Assembly (NCBI GenBank): GCA_003133025.1
Contig: PKZK01000048.1
Span: 1-12,043 of the forward strand
Length of the DNA stretch: 12,043 nucleotides
From: Vulcanimicrobiota bacterium
Lineage (GTDB): Bacteria; Vulcanimicrobiota; Vulcanimicrobiia; Vulcanimicrobiales; Vulcanimicrobiaceae
Direction of reading: 5' to 3'
The notes beneath the pieces are model-generated. The model saw only the letters and a program-made list of their open reading frames with translations. It was not told the origin of the DNA and searched no databases. This document shows, in pieces, positions 8,379 to 12,043 of the stretch. Every line of letters starts with the position of its first letter. Positions within the stretch are counted from its first letter, which is position 1. A program made the position numbers and the translations under genes.

Positions 8379-9478
8379 GCGGTCAACTCCCGGTAGAGGG
8401 CGGCGTGCGCCGCGATCATCGCGGTCGAATCGAACAGCGCGCGCGCCGTTTCGCGAGCGCGCGCCGCAATCAGCGGGCGCGAAGCGTCGCCGCGCGCGCG
8501 GACGAGCGCAGCCGCAACGTCGTCCGCGCTGAAGCCGGCCGTTACGTAGCCGTTCTCACCCTCGCGCACGAAGTCGTTGTGATCGCGCCACGGCGTCACC
8601 AGCGGCGCGAGGCCGCCGGACATGGCCTCGCCGAGCGCGAGCGGCATGCCCTCGCGAAACGAGGTCAAGGCGAAGAGATCCATCGCCTCCACGAGTTGCG
8701 TCGCATCGCTGCGATAGCCGAGAAATCGAACGCGTCCGTCGAGCCCGAGTTCGTTCGCGCGCGCCTTCAAGAGAGCGTCGAGCGGTCCCGTTCCGGCCAA
8801 CACGAGATGCAGGTCGGGAGCCTGCGCGCCGGCCGCGGCGAAGCCATCGAGCAGCGCGGCGTGATTCTTCTCCTCCGAGAAGCGGCCGATCGCATAGATC
8901 GCGAACGCATCGTCCGGCAGGCCGAGCGCCCGGCGCAACTCGGCGCGCGACGCCGTTGCCGGCTGCGGGCGTGCGCCGTTGGGAATGATCGCGATGCGTT
9001 CGAGCGGCACGCGCTGCTCGCGCGCGAAGCGGCGGCGTTGCGTCTCCGTAAAGACGATGAAGCGCGCCGTGCGGGCGTGCAACACGCGGTCGAGCGCCCA
9101 GCGCACCGGCCCGCCCGGTTCGCGTCCGTGAATGGTCAGCACGATCGAGGGCACGCCCGCGAGCAGGGCCGCGATGCGCCCGGGATACTGGCCGGTGTGC
9201 AGGTGCGCGTGCACGATGTCGGGCCGCAGGCGACGCAGCGTGCTCACGAGTTCGGGGAAATACGCGTAATCGCCGCGTCGGCGCCGCCCTAGGTCGACCA
9301 GAGGCACGCCCAGGCCGGCCTGGGCGCCTTCGTCGAGCCCGCTCTCGTAGACCGAGACGACGCCGGCGTCGATGCCTTCGGAGGGCAAGCCCGCACAGAG
9401 CATGCGCACGGCCGTCTCCGCGCCGCCGCCGGAGAGGGTCTGGACCAAGTGCACGACGCGCGGGGGATGGGCTGCCAC
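8375..9478 (-). CDS. GT4 glycosyltransferase
   Basis: GGGAE, PDIVHAH, IIPNG, IGRFSEEKNH and EGMPLALGE (EX7E). Confidence 0.92.
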   Translation of the reverse strand: MAAHPPRVVHLVQTLSGGGAETAVRMLCAGLPSEGIDAGVVSVYESGLDEGAQAGLGVPLVDLGRRRRGDYAYFPELVSTLRRLRPDIVHAHLHTGQYPGRIAALLAGVPSIVLTIHGREPGGPVRWALDRVLHARTARFIVFTETQRRRFAREQRVPLERIAIIPNGARPQPATASRAELRRALGLPDDAFAIYAIGRFSEEKNHAALLDGFAAAGAQAPDLHLVLAGTGPLDALLKARANELGLDGRVRFLGYRSDATQLVEAMDLFALTSFREGMPLALGEAMSGGLAPLVTPWRDHNDFVREGENGYVTAGFSADDVAAALVRARGDASRPLIAARARETARALFDSTAMIAAHAALYRELTA

Positions 9479-9486
9479 GACTTCAG

Positions 9487-9552
9487 AGGTTACGCGGGGC
9501 GCGTGGCGTCCGCGACGGTCCCAGCGTCCGCAAGCTATGGGACTTTCAGCAC
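9487..9552 (-). promoter_or_regulatory. Putative leaderless promoter for the first GT4 with DosR-like boxes
   Basis: -10-like TAACCT (9492-9487) lies 8 nt before GTG 9478, with no SD. GGGAC-tttc-AGCAC at 9539-9552 and GGTCC-cagc-GTCCG at 9517-9530. Confidence 0.4.
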
Positions 9553-9583
9553 GGTGCCGTGCCGGGTGCCCGCTTGGATCGTC

Positions 9584-10933
9584 CTACCGAAAGAGCACGA
9601 ACCCCGAAGCTGCCGGCAACGTGGCCGGCGCCGCCGGCCCGTCAAAGTCGAGCGAGCCGGTGTCGCCATAGCAGGCGCACAGGCCGTCGCCCGAGATGCG
9701 GAGCGAGTGGGCGTACGTCCCGTGCAACTCGGGCAGCGGGACCGAGCGCTCGGGTTCCGGATTGACGACCGTCGCGCATGGCCCGACCGGCTTCCCGGCG
9801 TCGTAGCAGGCCGCGAACTCACGCACGAACGCCCCGCCCGCGGCCGCGACGTCGCGGACATCCTTCGGATAGGGCCGCAGCGGACGGTAGAACGTCAAGG
9901 CCGCCTCGGGGCACACCTGGATGTGTGAGCGTTCGCCGCACGCCGCGTACCAGAACCAGGTTCGATCGGCTTCGTAGAACAGCATGACGTCGGCCAGCGC
10001 TCGCCGGCGCGCGGCGGGATCGGTCACCGCGAAGTCGACGAGCACGACGTTCTTGCCGGCACCGGTGACGTGCATGATGCCGTCGAGCCGGGTGCGCAAC
10101 ACCGGTCCCGACCAGAGATACTTGTTCTTCGGAACCGGCGAGTTGCCGTAGAAACAACCGTCGCACGCGGCACCCCAAACGTGCGCATCGGTCGCGATGA
10201 GGCGCGTCTCCGGCGAAGGCACGTGCGCCGCATCGCTCGCGAGCCCGCCGTTGAGCAGGACGGGCCGCGGCACCGCGTCGATGAGTTGCCGCATTCCGGC
10301 GACCCAGGCCGCTGCTCCGCCGTCGACGGGCGGCCTCGCGCGACCGCCAGGCGCGCCCTCGCAGGGTCCCGTGCCCTTCTCGAAGCTCGGCGCGCCCCAA
10401 CACATGTCGGCGTAAAAGTCGTCCGGCGGCGTCGCGTCGTCCAGATAGATCAGGGTGTCGTCGTGCGCGTGCAACGCGCCATCGATTGCTGCGAGCGCGA
10501 GCGCGCGCATCTGGGGCGACGACGGGTCGCCGAAGCGCTGCCAAATGCCGCCCGACTTCGTCGACAGCGGCCGTTCCGGATGACCCGGTTGCGCGTAGAA
10601 GGCGCCTTCGGGCCACGCCGAGCAGTCCGGAAACGGATAGTCGTTCTTGCCCGGTCCCGTGAGATTAGAGCATAGGTTCACATCGAGGTACCGCGCCGTT
10701 TTCATCGTCGCGGGCACCTGCGCCGTGCGTGGGGCCACCAAGAGGTCGACGTAGGGTGCAAGCGCCGTCCAGTTGCCGGCGCCGAAGGTCGCGTTGTAGG
10801 CTGCGGCCCCGTCGTTCGGAGCCACCACCGTCAACGAGTGATCGCGCGGAACCGTATCCGGCGGCGATCCGGCTCCGAGCGTGCAAACCAAAGCGAGTCC
10901 GGGTAACGTTACCCGAAGTGTGATGCAGTTCAC
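9584..10933 (-). CDS. Secreted cysteine-rich protein, putative glycoside hydrolase-like (GHL15/GH114-like TIM barrel)
   Basis: Signal-like N-terminus from GTG 10933 (start uncertain; the ORF is open to 11020). GDPSSPQMR...IYLDD and FVREF...VVNP resemble GH-like barrel families. 12 Cys lie in the predicted mature part. Confidence 0.55.
   Translation of the reverse strand: MNCITLRVTLPGLALVCTLGAGSPPDTVPRDHSLTVVAPNDGAAAYNATFGAGNWTALAPYVDLLVAPRTAQVPATMKTARYLDVNLCSNLTGPGKNDYPFPDCSAWPEGAFYAQPGHPERPLSTKSGGIWQRFGDPSSPQMRALALAAIDGALHAHDDTLIYLDDATPPDDFYADMCWGAPSFEKGTGPCEGAPGGRARPPVDGGAAAWVAGMRQLIDAVPRPVLLNGGLASDAAHVPSPETRLIATDAHVWGAACDGCFYGNSPVPKNKYLWSGPVLRTRLDGIMHVTGAGKNVVLVDFAVTDPAARRRALADVMLFYEADRTWFWYAACGERSHIQVCPEAALTFYRPLRPYPKDVRDVAAAGGAFVREFAACYDAGKPVGPCATVVNPEPERSVPLPELHGTYAHSLRISGDGLCACYGDTGSLDFDGPAAPATLPAASGFVLFR
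10900..10915. promoter_or_regulatory. Perfect 16-bp palindrome, LacI-family operator-like
   Basis: CGGGTAACGTTACCCG is its own reverse complement; the central AACGTT is typical of LacI/GalR operators. Confidence 0.4.
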
Positions 10934-10934
10934 A
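10919..10934. promoter_or_regulatory. CRP/FNR-family binding site (perfect CRP consensus)
   Basis: TGTGA-tgcagt-TCACA, 10/10 match to TGTGA-N6-TCACA. Confidence 0.6.
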
Positions 10935-11124
10935 ACGTGACCCAGCGCACCATGAAGAAACTCCCCTTGCGTCCTACGTCTCTGCTTCATGAGGGCCGAT
11001 GACGGAAGTACATGGTCCATGCAGTTACCACGCTGCCGTCAGCGTTGGTCCCACTCGTCCAGCACCTCGAACGTGAAAGGCGCATGCTCGTTTTACCGGT
11101 CGTGAAGCCCTCGCCGCTCCGAAA

Positions 11125-11140
11125 GGTGATGCAGGTCATA
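11125..11140. promoter_or_regulatory. Second CRP-like site in the divergent promoter region
   Basis: GGTGA-tgcagg-TCATA, 8/10 match; shares GTGATGCAGnTCA with the 10919 site. Confidence 0.45.
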
Positions 11141-11161
11141 GGGCCCAACGTGTGGCGCGGA

Positions 11162-11175
11162 CGGTCCATCGGCCC
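11162..11175. promoter_or_regulatory. DosR-box-like site upstream of the + strand regulator
   Basis: CGGTC-catc-GGCCC followed by CAA; a GGGCC half-site lies 21 bp upstream (11141-11145). Confidence 0.35.
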
Positions 11176-11265
11176 CAAGCAGATGGGCTACCCTCTTCCA
11201 CGGATGTCGCACTAGTGCGCGATTCTGAGCGCGCGGTAGTTTCGCATCCCGAGGACTCCGCCAGA

Positions 11266-11901
11266 GTGACAGCTTTGGGTTTACGCGTCGCGGTCATTGA
11301 ATCCCAAGTTCTCTTTGCCAAGGCGCTTTGCGGCATCTTTTCCGACGATTCCGAATTCAAGGTCGTCGGCGACTTTCGTACGCCCGTGGCGGCCCCGCTG
11401 CAGCACGCGGCGCCGGATCTGATCGTCCTCGATCTCGACGGACAACCTGCCGACATCGCGCAGACGCTGGGCATCTGCAAGGAATCCGCCCCGAAGGCGC
11501 GCGTCTGCGTACTGTCGATGAACCTCTCGCCCGAGATCATGCAGCGTTGCCTCTCCAATGGCGCCGAGGCGTACATCGTCAAGGACATCTCGCCCGCGGA
11601 ACTGTTGCGCGCCGTGAAAACCGTCGCCGAGGGTCAATCCTACGTCGACCCGCGCGTCGCGGGCGGCCTCTTGCGCCGGCGCAGCATGAACGGCGGGAAG
11701 CCCGACATCATGGAACTGTCCGCGCGTGAAGCCGAAGTGCTCAAGCTGATCGCCGAGGGCCTGGCCAACAAACAGATCAGCGCGCGCCTGCACCTCTCCG
11801 AGAAGACCGTCAAAAACCACGTCAGCCGCATCTTCTCGAAGCTGAACATCTCCGCCCGCACCCAAGCCGCAGTCCACGCGATCCGCGCCGGCATAGTCTA
11901 G
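11266..11901 (+). CDS. NarL/FixJ-family response regulator with a DosR-like HTH (atypical REC)
   Basis: REC motifs VAVIES, DLIVLDLD, VCVLS and AYIVK; HTH GLANKQISARLHLSEKTVKNHVSRIFSKL...RTQAAV. GTG 11266 is preceded by GAGGA (11251-11255); the ORF is open from 11152. Confidence 0.93.
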   Translation: MTALGLRVAVIESQVLFAKALCGIFSDDSEFKVVGDFRTPVAAPLQHAAPDLIVLDLDGQPADIAQTLGICKESAPKARVCVLSMNLSPEIMQRCLSNGAEAYIVKDISPAELLRAVKTVAEGQSYVDPRVAGGLLRRRSMNGGKPDIMELSAREAEVLKLIAEGLANKQISARLHLSEKTVKNHVSRIFSKLNISARTQAAVHAIRAGIV

Positions 11902-11992
11902 CCTGCACCAAGGATCGCCGTGGAAGCCCAAGCCCAACGGTTGGGCGACCCCATTCTCCCGAGACCCAACACGCGCAGTGAGATCCCGAGGG

Positions 11993-12013
11993 GACCGAAA
12001 TGGGATTTCGGCC
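11993..12013. terminator. Hairpin between the convergent regulator and tRNA (possible terminator or processing stem)
   Basis: Minus strand reads GGCCGAAAT-ccc-ATTTCGGTC, a 9-bp stem with one G-U pair. There is no clean U-tract after it on either strand. Confidence 0.3.
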
Positions 12014-12020
12014 TTAAAAA

Positions 12021-12043
12021 TGGAGGCAAGGAGACTCGAACTC
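12021..12043 (-). tRNA. 3' end of tRNA-Ala (partial; tmRNA not excluded), CCA not encoded
   Basis: Minus strand reads GAG-TTCGAGT-CTCCT (T arm), then acceptor strand TGCCTCC and discriminator A. U70, C71, C72 and A73 fit alanine identity. The anticodon lies outside the window. Confidence 0.72.

Noticed and set aside
11012..11215. Small ORFs in the divergent intergenic region (67 aa on +, 63 aa on -)
   Set aside because: No SD or recognisable motif, and they overlap candidate regulatory sites.
11232..11243. ops/JUMPstart-like GCGGTAG
   Set aside because: Imperfect match, on the strand opposite to the EPS genes, and no RfaH-like gene is present.

Overview
High-GC window dominated by a minus-strand Wzy-type exopolysaccharide/capsule locus. 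In transcription order it encodes a secreted Cys-rich putative glycoside hydrolase, two GT4 glycosyltransferases, a Wza/OPX export protein, a Wzc-like copolymerase/kinase, a NarL/DosR-like response regulator, a stand-alone receiver protein, an O-antigen ligase/Wzy-like polymerase and a tandem GT2. A paralogous NarL/DosR-like regulator is transcribed divergently on the + strand, and the window ends in the 3' end of an Ala-identity tRNA (or tmRNA). The most notable points are: (i) three atypical receiver domains with no kinase in the window; (ii) DosR-box-like sites at identical spacing upstream of two apparently leaderless internal genes; (iii) a perfect CRP site beside a LacI-type palindrome; (iv) a Wzc lacking both its Tyr cluster and its ExxRxxR motif; (v) a left end where the GT2 switches in frame into the C-terminus of a YccU CoA-binding protein, followed by alphaproteobacterial-style repeats, suggesting a chimeric junction. 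The main block resembles Eremiobacterota/Vulcanimicrobiota-type sequence; this is an impression and is unverified.
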